Part shown: positions 51,113 to 59,577 of the stretch, one piece after another
How the letters are laid out: each line of letters starts with the position of its first letter
Position numbering within the stretch: position 1 is the stretch's first letter
Source: a virus
Virus record (IMG/VR): IMGVR_UViG_3300047557_002467
Coordinates: 31,097-95,096 of that record
Reading direction: 5' to 3' (one strand)
DNA length: 64,000 bases
Notes under the pieces: generated by a model
The model's database searches: none
The model's input: only the letters and a program-made list of their open reading frames with translations
Told to the model about the DNA's origin: nothing
Position numbers and translations under genes: made by a program

Positions 51113-51810
51113 GCTCTAAGAGAATTTAACCATGCATACATTTCAGCTTCATACTCTGCGTTGTATTCTATATTTGGAATTTCACCATGAAAAAATCCTT
51201 CTACTTTACCCATGTCTATTACTTTTTTCACAGTTAATCCTCTTTTTAATGGATAAATGTCTATTTCCATAGAATCACCTACTACTTCTCCTTTAGAATC
51301 CAACATGTAGCATCTCCCTTCAAAATCTCCAAATCCAATAGAATCTCCAAATGTATAAGGAACGACCCCCGTTTTATCATTTCTTACTAATTGAAAAGTA
51401 TTACTGTTAGTTATATCATCAAATGAAACATCTCTTCTTGCAAGTGGGTTATCACTCAAATCTAAATCTTCTTTTTCGTTAATACGATTTTTTACTCTTT
51501 TCTTTACTTCTGGATATATTACATTTTCCATTGTATGATCGAACTTTTCGAATCCTATAGAAGTTTCTAATTCTCTAAGTGCATCATATATCTCACTTGC
51601 TTGAAAGTCCAATTGACCTTCATACCACCAATCAAAGTCACCATCGTAATTTTGTATGCAATCCTCTACCATCAAATCTACTATCTTATTCACTAATCTC
51701 TTTTTCCTCAAAGCACTAAAAGGATTATCGCTTAAATCAAAATCATCCTCTTTCAAAAGACCTGCTATCTTTTTTAGTTGGCGTACTTCGTTTATGTTTA
51801 TCTGTTTCAC
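51109..51810 (-). CDS. QKIAG-leader family protein, two cargo modules
   Basis: GTG start KQININEVRQLKKIAGLLKEDDFDLSDNPF; internal RINEKEDLDLSDNPL. Confidence 0.8.
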   Translation of the reverse strand: MKQININEVRQLKKIAGLLKEDDFDLSDNPFSALRKKRLVNKIVDLMVEDCIQNYDGDFDWWYEGQLDFQASEIYDALRELETSIGFEKFDHTMENVIYPEVKKRVKNRINEKEDLDLSDNPLARRDVSFDDITNSNTFQLVRNDKTGVVPYTFGDSIGFGDFEGRCYMLDSKGEVVGDSMEIDIYPLKRGLTVKKVIDMGKVEGFFHGEIPNIEYNAEYEAEMYAWLNSLRA

Positions 51811-51831
51811 TATAGTACTATAAAAAACTAA

Positions 51832-52254
51832 TTATTGCCAGATCCAATAAGTATGAGAGTCTTCTATTCCTATTGCAAGTTTAAATTCGTAGCCGTCTAA
51901 TTCTTCATTATCACCACCATACTCTTCAGGAGACCTAAAATCAGAAGGAAATTCATAGCTCATAAAAAACTTTCCTTCATCTTCTTGTCTATTTAATGTT
52001 ACCTCTTTTTGTATTCTCTTTGCAACATCAATTGCTCTTAGTACTAATGGTGGTTTTTCCCTACCAAAATGGGTATATTCGACCACACAATCCTTGTTCA
52101 AATCTATACCAGCTTCTCTAAATTTGGTAAGCACTTCTTTTTGAACAGCTAAAGGATTATTAGAAAGATCTAAACCCAAGTTTTCTTCTTCTTTCAGAAG
52201 ACCAGCAATTCTCTGTAGTTGTCTTACTTCGTTAATTAGTTTCTTGTTTTTCAT
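51832..52254 (-). CDS. QKIAG-leader family protein
   Basis: MKNKKLINEVRQLQRIAGLLKEEENLGLDLSNNPL. Confidence 0.8.
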   Translation of the reverse strand: MKNKKLINEVRQLQRIAGLLKEEENLGLDLSNNPLAVQKEVLTKFREAGIDLNKDCVVEYTHFGREKPPLVLRAIDVAKRIQKEVTLNRQEDEGKFFMSYEFPSDFRSPEEYGGDNEELDGYEFKLAIGIEDSHTYWIWQ

Positions 52255-52260
52255 AATATC

Positions 52261-52731
52261 TTACTTACGTTTAACGTTTTTCCACATTGCAGCTGCTGCT
52301 ATCTTCTGACCTTTCTTACCACCTCCTGCTTCTTTTGCTACATCTTCAAATCCTTTACCCTTCTTTCCAATATCTCCACCTGCTTTAGCTTTCTTAACTA
52401 CGTCTGACTTTTGTTTTTTAGTAAGACCTGCAGAAGGTTTTTTCTTCTTTGCTTCGTACATAGCGTATCCAGGACCAGCTTCTTCTTCTCTGCTAGACTC
52501 ACCACCTAAATACTCAGCTACTGAATGCATGTAGTCTGCTGCAAGACTAATATAAGCTGATACCCAACCTGGTAGATTGTCGCTCTCACCAACCATGCTA
52601 TCTATCTTAGAAGCATTGGATATCATGTCTCTAAGTTCGTTTTTGGCCATGCTAGACTCGTGATCATGACCATGATTCCAATCACGTCCACATTCGTTGC
52701 ATTTTCCTAGTAATTCAGATAGCTTTATCAT
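52261..52731 (-). CDS. MIKL-leader protein with acidic helical module and Lys-rich C-terminal module
   Basis: MIKLSELL; HDHESSMAK..L...LPGWVSAYI; basic tail after MYE. Confidence 0.7.
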   Translation of the reverse strand: MIKLSELLGKCNECGRDWNHGHDHESSMAKNELRDMISNASKIDSMVGESDNLPGWVSAYISLAADYMHSVAEYLGGESSREEEAGPGYAMYEAKKKKPSAGLTKKQKSDVVKKAKAGGDIGKKGKGFEDVAKEAGGGKKGQKIAAAAMWKNVKRK

Positions 52732-52764
52732 TTTTTATAATTTGCTCTTAGTTATAAATAGTGT

Positions 52765-53760
52765 TTAACGACCTTCTAATGACTTAATTGTACTGTCAAC
52801 CCACCTCTGTTGCTCTGGCGTTAGTGACTCCTTGACAGCGTTTTCAATAAAAGACCTTAACTGATTATAGTCTAACTTAATAAGTTTATCCAAAAATCGC
52901 TCTCTCACGCTTGTATCTTTAACATCACTATCTGCAAATACTTGATTAATAGCGTTGTAGATTACTTTACCATACATAAAATCCTCAGGTTCGTGCTCAG
53001 GTCTGTCTACAGCTTTCATTGCTGCTTTCATCTTTTCTTCATCGTCAGATGGTGTACCACCTGTACCTATAATCATGTATAGACCTTTAACGATTTCATG
53101 AACTAAGATTGGAAAATTGATAGCTCTAGCACGTATAACAAACCTATCATTCATGTCATCCCAGTAGATATGACTTTCTCCTGATTGACCCATATGACGA
53201 CCTTGTGCAAGTTGATTCATCATAAACGCTACTTGACTTTCGTCGTCGAGCATTGCATCAGATGTTTTTTGTAATGACACGTACTTATCTACTAATTCAG
53301 GATCAATTTGATCGATATACTCTCTGAACATTAGAAAAGAAAAAGTACCCTTAAGTGCAGCACCTTGTTCTATTGCTTGTATAAGCCTTATCTTAGCTTT
53401 AGTTTCCTCAAAATCATCATCACCAAACTCAGGTTCAGTTGGATCTTCTTCGTAAGATCTCATTCTTCTTGCATCACCTACTTGTGCTTGTGGTACAATC
53501 TTTGCGTCTATCTCAATATCTTCTTCATCTATAATAGGATAAGCATCCTTTACAATTAAAGTAGCAATCTGTTCGAGTTCATCTTCATACCCTTTTTCTA
53601 GATTAGCCACTTCTCTTGCCAATCTCGGTAAGTCTCTAAACAATTCTTGACCTGTTCTTCCTTGAAGAGCATCTATGTAGTTTTGTTTACTCTTTCCTTT
53701 CAACACGTTTAGTGTCTCAGGACTAAATATATCTTCATATTTCTTTTCAAGAAGTCTCAT
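52765..53760 (-). CDS. hypothetical protein
   Basis: 331 aa; IRARAINFPILVHEIVKG motif; function unclear. Confidence 0.7.
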   Translation of the reverse strand: MRLLEKKYEDIFSPETLNVLKGKSKQNYIDALQGRTGQELFRDLPRLAREVANLEKGYEDELEQIATLIVKDAYPIIDEEDIEIDAKIVPQAQVGDARRMRSYEEDPTEPEFGDDDFEETKAKIRLIQAIEQGAALKGTFSFLMFREYIDQIDPELVDKYVSLQKTSDAMLDDESQVAFMMNQLAQGRHMGQSGESHIYWDDMNDRFVIRARAINFPILVHEIVKGLYMIIGTGGTPSDDEEKMKAAMKAVDRPEHEPEDFMYGKVIYNAINQVFADSDVKDTSVRERFLDKLIKLDYNQLRSFIENAVKESLTPEQQRWVDSTIKSLEGR

Positions 53761-54005
53761 TACTTACCTGATTTAAGTCTTTTTGCTATCTGATCTATTT
53801 TTTCTTTTTCGCTTTCACTCATCTTAGCTCTGGGCTGTTTGTATGGAGAAACTTTAGGATTACCAATACCTGGTTCTTTTTTAGGTTGAGGTGTTGGTTT
53901 AGTTTGCGGTTTAGTAGCAGGCTTAGTTTTAGGCTTGACTTCTGGTTCTGCTATTTCGTTTTCTACTAACTTTTGGATCAATCTTCTAACAAAAAGGTTT
54001 TTCAT
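53760..54005 (-). CDS. small Pro/Lys-rich protein
   Basis: KPKTKPATKPQTKPTP repeats after an LVENE site. Confidence 0.65.
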   Translation of the reverse strand: MKNLFVRRLIQKLVENEIAEPEVKPKTKPATKPQTKPTPQPKKEPGIGNPKVSPYKQPRAKMSESEKEKIDQIAKRLKSGK

Positions 54006-54006
54006 A

Positions 54007-55212
54007 TTATTTGATTATTTCACCATCGACTTTTAAGTTCTGTGGTAGGTTTTTAATTTTTGTATCTGAAATATCTAAGTCTCCTTGGATGTGTAAATTG
54101 TCTGGTAACTTATCTAAATCTGTACCTGAAACATCAAGTCCGTCAGGTATAACCCAATACTCTCCAGATGCTTTTTCAGGAACATCTAAGTTCAATAACA
54201 ATCTGTAGATGCCAGGGAATACTTTAGTATTACCTTGTTCTTTTAACTCATTATAAACCTCTTTTGTAAAGCTCATGTAGGGTTCTTTGAATAATAATTC
54301 TATTCTCATGTTACCACCCTTCACATCTTTAAATTTCTTGATGTCTGGATCGTAATAAAAAGCTGTATTGTTTATGATAGTATAGAGCTTATTGCCTACT
54401 TTGTATAGAGGTAGTTTGCCTGATGGTGAATCGTAATCTCCTATTTTGTATTCAGGTAAGTTTTGAAGCTGATCTGCATCATAAAGTCTTCCATCAACCT
54501 TACCTAAAAACTCTTTAAACTTTTTTAAGAGTTCTGGTTCATGTCGATTCATATCTCTGTTACCACTACCCTTCCACTCTCCACTATATTGATCGTGCTG
54601 AAATCTCTTATCTCCTTTTACAAATATAAACAAAGCATCTTGTCTGTTGTATCTATTGTACATTCCACTCGTTGTACACAGACCCATTCCCTTAGCAAGA
54701 TCGCATGCAACAGGTTCTAGATCAGGTCTTGATTGTGGTAATTTGTAAACAGTATAACCATCTACATTGCCTATTACTAACTCAGGATATTTTGATGCTG
54801 CTTCTTTACCTTTACTAAGTTCTACATCACCAAGCTTTTCCTTAACTTCTGCAGATACGTTTTGAAACTCATCAAACCCGTAGTCTTGTATATTCTTCTT
54901 AGGAAATTTAGCACCTATCCTATTGAATAACTCTAAATTCTCTTTTGTAGCTGGTAGATCCTCAAAGAATCTCATTACCTCTCTTCTTGATCCTGGATTA
55001 ATGTTTCCTTTATCGTCGAGATTAGGCTTTTTGAAGTCTTTGTAATACTTGTTCATTAGCCACTCTGAGTACTTCTTAATGTTGGTGGGATCTGCTTCAA
55101 TAATTTTGTCAAATTCTTGATCAGTTAGCTTACCTGTCTTTACAAAGTTCTTACGAAGTTGTGCTTCTTTGCTTTCAACTAATAGCTCATATAGTAATCT
55201 ACTTAGATTCAT
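54007..55212 (-). CDS. hypothetical protein with C-terminal LRR-like repeats
   Basis: MNLSRLLYELLVE leader; ADPT..KKYSEWL; C-terminal LDVSGTDLDKLPDNL / LDISDTKIKNLPQNL. Confidence 0.7.
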   Translation of the reverse strand: MNLSRLLYELLVESKEAQLRKNFVKTGKLTDQEFDKIIEADPTNIKKYSEWLMNKYYKDFKKPNLDDKGNINPGSRREVMRFFEDLPATKENLELFNRIGAKFPKKNIQDYGFDEFQNVSAEVKEKLGDVELSKGKEAASKYPELVIGNVDGYTVYKLPQSRPDLEPVACDLAKGMGLCTTSGMYNRYNRQDALFIFVKGDKRFQHDQYSGEWKGSGNRDMNRHEPELLKKFKEFLGKVDGRLYDADQLQNLPEYKIGDYDSPSGKLPLYKVGNKLYTIINNTAFYYDPDIKKFKDVKGGNMRIELLFKEPYMSFTKEVYNELKEQGNTKVFPGIYRLLLNLDVPEKASGEYWVIPDGLDVSGTDLDKLPDNLHIQGDLDISDTKIKNLPQNLKVDGEIIK

Positions 55213-55366
55213 CTTCCTGCTTGTTTATTCTTTTAGCAGAATCAACTGCTTTTTTATAAGCTTTCGTACCTTTCTTGGCAGGTTTTTCACCTCGAGCTCT
55301 TTTAGCTCTAATGTTGTGCCATAGTCCTTTTGACTCTTCCTTTAGTAAGTCTGCTATTTTAATCAT
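55199..55366 (-). CDS. small basic protein with MIKIADLLKE leader, 55 aa (not in ORF track)
   Basis: Manual translation MIKIADLLKEESKGLWHNIRAKRARGEKPAKKGTKAYKKAVDSAKRINKQEDESK. Confidence 0.7.
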   Translation of the reverse strand: MIKIADLLKEESKGLWHNIRAKRARGEKPAKKGTKAYKKAVDSAKRINKQEDESK

Positions 55367-56131
55367 CTACCAAGCTTTACAGGACCAGTAACGTGCTTTC
55401 CACCTTGGTCCAGGGTTATCACAATTATGTCTTGCTCTAAAACTCTTCCTACGTTTAGGATTTGATTTTTTTATTTTGAGATTTGGATCTCCAAAGTTTA
55501 CTTTTACTACATTACCTTTTGCATTCTTAACATATACTGAACGCTTTTTCGGACCGTCTGGAGTTAGGAAAGGTTTACCTAACGATACTTTACGACCTTT
55601 GTATTCTGCTTCTTCAAGCTTCTGCTCGTACTCCATCAAGTATTCAGTGAGACAGGCTTCACAAAATTGATCCGTTTCGTATGATTCTTGATAATCAGCT
55701 GGTAGAACTTGATGTTCGGTTGAGTTAAAGTCATCCATTGTAGATAGCTCGCTAATCTTGAGTTTATCTGCTAACTCTTCTGCTTCTTCTTTACCAACTT
55801 CACTTCTCAAATAATCTTGAATCTTTGCTAGTAACTCTTCAGTGTCTAGGTTTGAGTACTGATTAATGTACTTGAATTTATCGGAAGGATCGTCTACTTG
55901 GAAGTTAATTATATCTGCTGCTGCTTTAGCTTTGTTTTCACTCTGCTTGAAATAATCTATAAAAAGATCATATCTCCAGTCACGTTCACCTATCTCATTA
56001 ACATCTACGGATTCATTCTTTCTTCTTTCACAACTACGCTTACCTGTTAGATAGGGTTTAGGACATGCAGTACCCTTTACGTGAACATGTCCACACTTAT
56101 GACAGCATGTACCTTTCTTTTCGTCTATCAT
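55367..56131 (-). CDS. multi-module protein: Cys/His N-terminal motif, acidic middle, basic C-terminal domain
   Basis: CCHKCGHVH; C-terminal VYVKN..G.VVKVNFGDP...RRKSFRARHNC...ARYWSCKAW. Confidence 0.7.
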   Translation of the reverse strand: MIDEKKGTCCHKCGHVHVKGTACPKPYLTGKRSCERRKNESVDVNEIGERDWRYDLFIDYFKQSENKAKAAADIINFQVDDPSDKFKYINQYSNLDTEELLAKIQDYLRSEVGKEEAEELADKLKISELSTMDDFNSTEHQVLPADYQESYETDQFCEACLTEYLMEYEQKLEEAEYKGRKVSLGKPFLTPDGPKKRSVYVKNAKGNVVKVNFGDPNLKIKKSNPKRRKSFRARHNCDNPGPRWKARYWSCKAW

Positions 56132-56493
56132 TAGTGAAGAAATTTAAGCTTGTACTTAGTTGATTGGATCAATGTAGATACTTCGTCATATTGATTTACA
56201 AGAAAAGTATCTTGAGGTAGTTGACCTTTAATCATATCCAAAAACTTACTCAGGCCTTCAAAGTACATTGCAGGATTATCATCTTCTTTCAAAAGATTAG
56301 CCATCTTGTATCCTCTAAGAATACCATACTGACCTTGATAGCTTTCAACAAGACCGTCAATTAAATCTACAATACCTTCGTAGTAATCTTGCAAAGCTTT
56401 ATGCTGTGCATAAGAGGTGGTCTGTAGATGATAAATGTGAGCTTGATTGCGGCTCTGCATTAGTGTACCTATGTAGGTTGCAAATTGATCCAT
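56131..56493 (-). CDS. ferritin/Dps-like four-helix protein
   Basis: HIYHLQT.SYAQHKAL..YYE.I..LID.LVESYQG. Confidence 0.65.
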   Translation of the reverse strand: MDQFATYIGTLMQSRNQAHIYHLQTTSYAQHKALQDYYEGIVDLIDGLVESYQGQYGILRGYKMANLLKEDDNPAMYFEGLSKFLDMIKGQLPQDTFLVNQYDEVSTLIQSTKYKLKFLH

Positions 56494-57083
56494 TACTTTT
56501 CCTCCTCTGGTTTAATAAGTTCTTTTTTAGATGCGCCAACCATTTTATGTTTATTTCTTAATTCTTTGATAGTCGACATTTTCATTTCAGCCATTTGATG
56601 ATGTCTGTCAGCTGCATCTGGATCTACACTAGCTTCTTTCATGTGTTGATTAATCTCTCTTTGTAGTCTGTTAATGTGTTTATCTAGTTTACCAAGTACT
56701 ACTTCTTTCTTTTCTTCAAGAGATTTAGCTGATTCAAATGCAGAACTTACTAGGTCATGAGCTACACTAAAAGCTTCATCTTCGTCAAGGAAAAAACCAA
56801 ACACCTCATCAGGAGTAAGTCCAGCAATAACTTGCTTAGCAAACATGAAGGGATCCGATTTGAATACCAACATACTTGGGTTTTCAGTTGGACTCTTTGG
56901 TTTTTCTACTACGAAAAAAGGAACATTATTTTCAAACTTAACAAGCTTAGCTTCATCCACATTTGGAGACATCTCCCCAATATTAGGTGTTTGATGAGCA
57001 AATTGAGGAGCTCTTTTTTCCATTCTTGGACCCAAGTGACCACCCATTGATTCACTTATTCGTGCTTTTGATTTAGAAGGCAT
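56493..57083 (-). CDS. hypothetical protein
   Basis: 196-aa ORF with upstream ATATTTAT motif (57106-57113). Confidence 0.65.
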   Translation of the reverse strand: MPSKSKARISESMGGHLGPRMEKRAPQFAHQTPNIGEMSPNVDEAKLVKFENNVPFFVVEKPKSPTENPSMLVFKSDPFMFAKQVIAGLTPDEVFGFFLDEDEAFSVAHDLVSSAFESAKSLEEKKEVVLGKLDKHINRLQREINQHMKEASVDPDAADRHHQMAEMKMSTIKELRNKHKMVGASKKELIKPEEEK

Positions 57084-57087
57084 AATA

Positions 57088-57672
57088 TTATAGGTTTTGA
57101 CTCTTATAAATATCGAGTTCTCTTAGTTCAGCAATTCGTTCCTTCACCCTTTTATACACTGATTTCTTATCTCCACCACCCCATTTTTCAACTTCTCCTG
57201 TTTCTGAGACAAATGTATCACCTTCTTCAACCCATTCTTCTAAGAAAGTTTCAATGTCATCCAGTTCAGAATTCTTATTTCTATTCATAATGTTGGCTAC
57301 ATAGTCGTCATACTTACCAAGTCTCTTAAGTTCACTTTCATGTTTGATTACACAGTCAAAACACTTGCTATGTAAACCCCACATTTTCTTATTGTAATCA
57401 TCAAGCTTCATTACTGTCCCGCAGTTTGGACAAGATAGTGGCATTAATACCAAACTCTTAATGTGATCTAACTTAGTAACGCTTTGCTTAATGCCATTTT
57501 TAATGGTCCATTTCTTTCCATCTTCATCCCAAACATCACCTTCCTTATGTACTTGGTTGTTCTTTTCGTATCCGGTTTGTATTTGAGTTCTATCACCAGT
57601 ATTGCCTGTGATAATGTTTCTCATCCTCTGTACATCTCGAGGATTAAATTCCTTTTTAAGATTGTTTTCCAT
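57088..57672 (-). CDS. hypothetical protein with putative zinc-binding motif
   Basis: CPNC...HSKCFDC. Confidence 0.65.
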   Translation of the reverse strand: MENNLKKEFNPRDVQRMRNIITGNTGDRTQIQTGYEKNNQVHKEGDVWDEDGKKWTIKNGIKQSVTKLDHIKSLVLMPLSCPNCGTVMKLDDYNKKMWGLHSKCFDCVIKHESELKRLGKYDDYVANIMNRNKNSELDDIETFLEEWVEEGDTFVSETGEVEKWGGGDKKSVYKRVKERIAELRELDIYKSQNL

Positions 57673-57676
57673 AACA

Positions 57677-58105
57677 TTATTTTTTTATCCAATATAGTGC
57701 ACCACCTAGATCTACCATTTGGTAATCTTTTGGTTTAGCTTTTTGCATGTAAGCTTTGTATACGTTGTATCTTCTTTTATCGTCTTCACCTTTAGTTTGT
57801 ATTGGAGTTACTTTAATTTCTTCGGGTTGGTACTTATTTGCAAAACTTGCCATTATATCAAACACTGTTGACATTACTTTTAATGCAACACCTTCTTCTG
57901 TATCTCCAACAGGTCCTCCAACAGTACTAAAAAACGCTTCGTAATAGCCTTCACCCCACAAACTAAAAGCTACAGTATACTCATGTTTAGGTGATTTAAA
58001 TTTATATATTATATTACCTTCGTTATCCTCGAATTCATAGTTCCAAGGGTAAGGTTTATCACCTATTTCATTTAGTTGTTTTAGTATTTGATTGAGACGT
58101 ATCAT
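57677..58105 (-). CDS. hypothetical protein with MIRL-type leader
   Basis: MIRLNQILKQLNE then globular domain. Confidence 0.7.
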   Translation of the reverse strand: MIRLNQILKQLNEIGDKPYPWNYEFEDNEGNIIYKFKSPKHEYTVAFSLWGEGYYEAFFSTVGGPVGDTEEGVALKVMSTVFDIMASFANKYQPEEIKVTPIQTKGEDDKRRYNVYKAYMQKAKPKDYQMVDLGGALYWIKK

Positions 58106-58611
58106 TCGAATCCTAATTCTTTCAGTTTTTCTATAGTGTTTTCTGCACTTGTATGATGAATACCTATACCACCTGCTTTATTCCATCTTTCAATTATATC
58201 TTCTCGATCGTCTATCAGTATTGCATTTGGTTCTGCATATACTTGTTTGTTATTTGACTGCTCTAAATTTAACTTAACACCTGGTAGATTCTTTTCCATC
58301 CACTCTTCTTTACCTACTACAGAGGTTTGAGAGTTTGAAGGAGAAGATAATATCTCTGGATTGTACGGAGCAATGAAATTCCAAAGTTCATGACCGTCTT
58401 TCATCCACTCTAAATTAGCCCAAAACTCTCCACCTGATTTATCAATAGGTCTCCAGAATTCCTTCTTGTCAAACTTTGATTCGTAAGGTGGGGGTTTCTT
58501 GCCTGTTAGATTAATATAACCTTTAGTGAAATCTACTAAAACACTGTCTAAATCACAGTAAATCTTATATTGAGAAGCAACTTCCTTTAGTAACCTACCT
58601 AGTTTTATCAT
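58102..58611 (-). CDS. HAD-family 5'(3')-deoxyribonucleotidase (NT5C-like) with MIKL-type leader
   Basis: IYCDLDSVLVDF (DxD), FWANLEW, GKEEW, LIDDR, W..AGG.GI. Confidence 0.8.
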   Translation of the reverse strand: MIKLGRLLKEVASQYKIYCDLDSVLVDFTKGYINLTGKKPPPYESKFDKKEFWRPIDKSGGEFWANLEWMKDGHELWNFIAPYNPEILSSPSNSQTSVVGKEEWMEKNLPGVKLNLEQSNNKQVYAEPNAILIDDREDIIERWNKAGGIGIHHTSAENTIEKLKELGFE

Positions 58612-58979
58612 AAAACATCTATATCGTAAACGCTTAAATTTAATTTTCCGTAATCTCTCATTAGTATACCTGCCAAAGCATTAGCTTCATTTTCTATCTC
58701 ACTACCAGTTTCACCTGCTTCATCGTATATCATATTAAGTTCATTCTGTCTATGATGTACAAGTTCGTGTGCTAAACTTCTACATACATCTGCAAGATTT
58801 CTTCCTGAATAGAAAACTCTAATAGTGTTCTTACCGGGATTATACTCTCCAAAAGATCTGTAATCAGATACAAAAGATTTGTCTGCTATAAAGCTTATCT
58901 GAGGTAGGGACTGTATTGCAAGTTCCTTTTTTACATAAGCAATGAAATGCTTAACTATATCAAGCTTCTTTTGGTTCAT
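58608..58979 (-). CDS. zincin-like metallopeptidase (HExxH)
   Basis: RSLAHELVHHRQ ... ENEAN. Confidence 0.7.
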   Translation of the reverse strand: MNQKKLDIVKHFIAYVKKELAIQSLPQISFIADKSFVSDYRSFGEYNPGKNTIRVFYSGRNLADVCRSLAHELVHHRQNELNMIYDEAGETGSEIENEANALAGILMRDYGKLNLSVYDIDVL

Positions 58980-59559
58980 CTTCTCTCTTTACTTTACCTG
59001 CTAATTTTTTAAATATCTCTTGAGCTTTACCTTTATTATATGCAGCTACAGGAATAGCGTCTACAAGTGAATCGTAATCACCATACTCTAAATAATTTCT
59101 AACTACTGGTGCTGAAATATCACCATACTTTTCGTTGGCTGGTATCACTTTAACCCTATCTCCATAATTTTCTTGGAAGTAAGTTGCGTAATCTTGATCA
59201 TCTGACTCATCATTACCTTTAACTAGGTAAACTGGATCAGCATTACTCTTACCTAAAAACTTTACAATGTCTTTTATCGGTGAATCAAACTCAGAAGTTT
59301 GAACAACTACGTTAGGAATCTTAGCCGTTTCCAAATAATCTTGCCAGATAGACATTGAATCTTCAGGTGTAATTCCGTCAACTACCTTGTTACTAACTAT
59401 AATAGTGATTTGTCCAATGTATCCTTTACTTCTAAGATCCTTTACAACCTCAAAATGACCAATGTGAGGTGGCTTAAACTTACCAGGATACAAACAAGGA
59501 CCTGGATCATTTAGCAAAGCTTCTGCTACTAACTGACCTAATTTAACTGCGTTTACCAT
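58960..59559 (-). CDS. HIGH-motif nucleotidyl/cytidylyltransferase-like protein
   Basis: PGKFKPPHIGH; ISAPVVR. Confidence 0.75.
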   Translation of the reverse strand: MVNAVKLGQLVAEALLNDPGPCLYPGKFKPPHIGHFEVVKDLRSKGYIGQITIIVSNKVVDGITPEDSMSIWQDYLETAKIPNVVVQTSEFDSPIKDIVKFLGKSNADPVYLVKGNDESDDQDYATYFQENYGDRVKVIPANEKYGDISAPVVRNYLEYGDYDSLVDAIPVAAYNKGKAQEIFKKLAGKVKREDEPKEA

Positions 59560-59577
59560 ATTACTAATAAATAGATA

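Noticed and set aside
39678-52254. Recurring ~60-95 bp leader DNA as a CRISPR array or integron attC-like repeats
   Set aside because: Copies are in-frame coding sequence with synonymous variation, spaced by whole genes and not palindromic; no cas or integrase gene in the window.
4042-57944. Numerous plus-strand ORFs in the six-frame track
   Set aside because: They are antisense shadows of minus-strand genes (e.g. PTAVLL patterns mirror NTAVG repeats), with no independent motifs or regulatory context.
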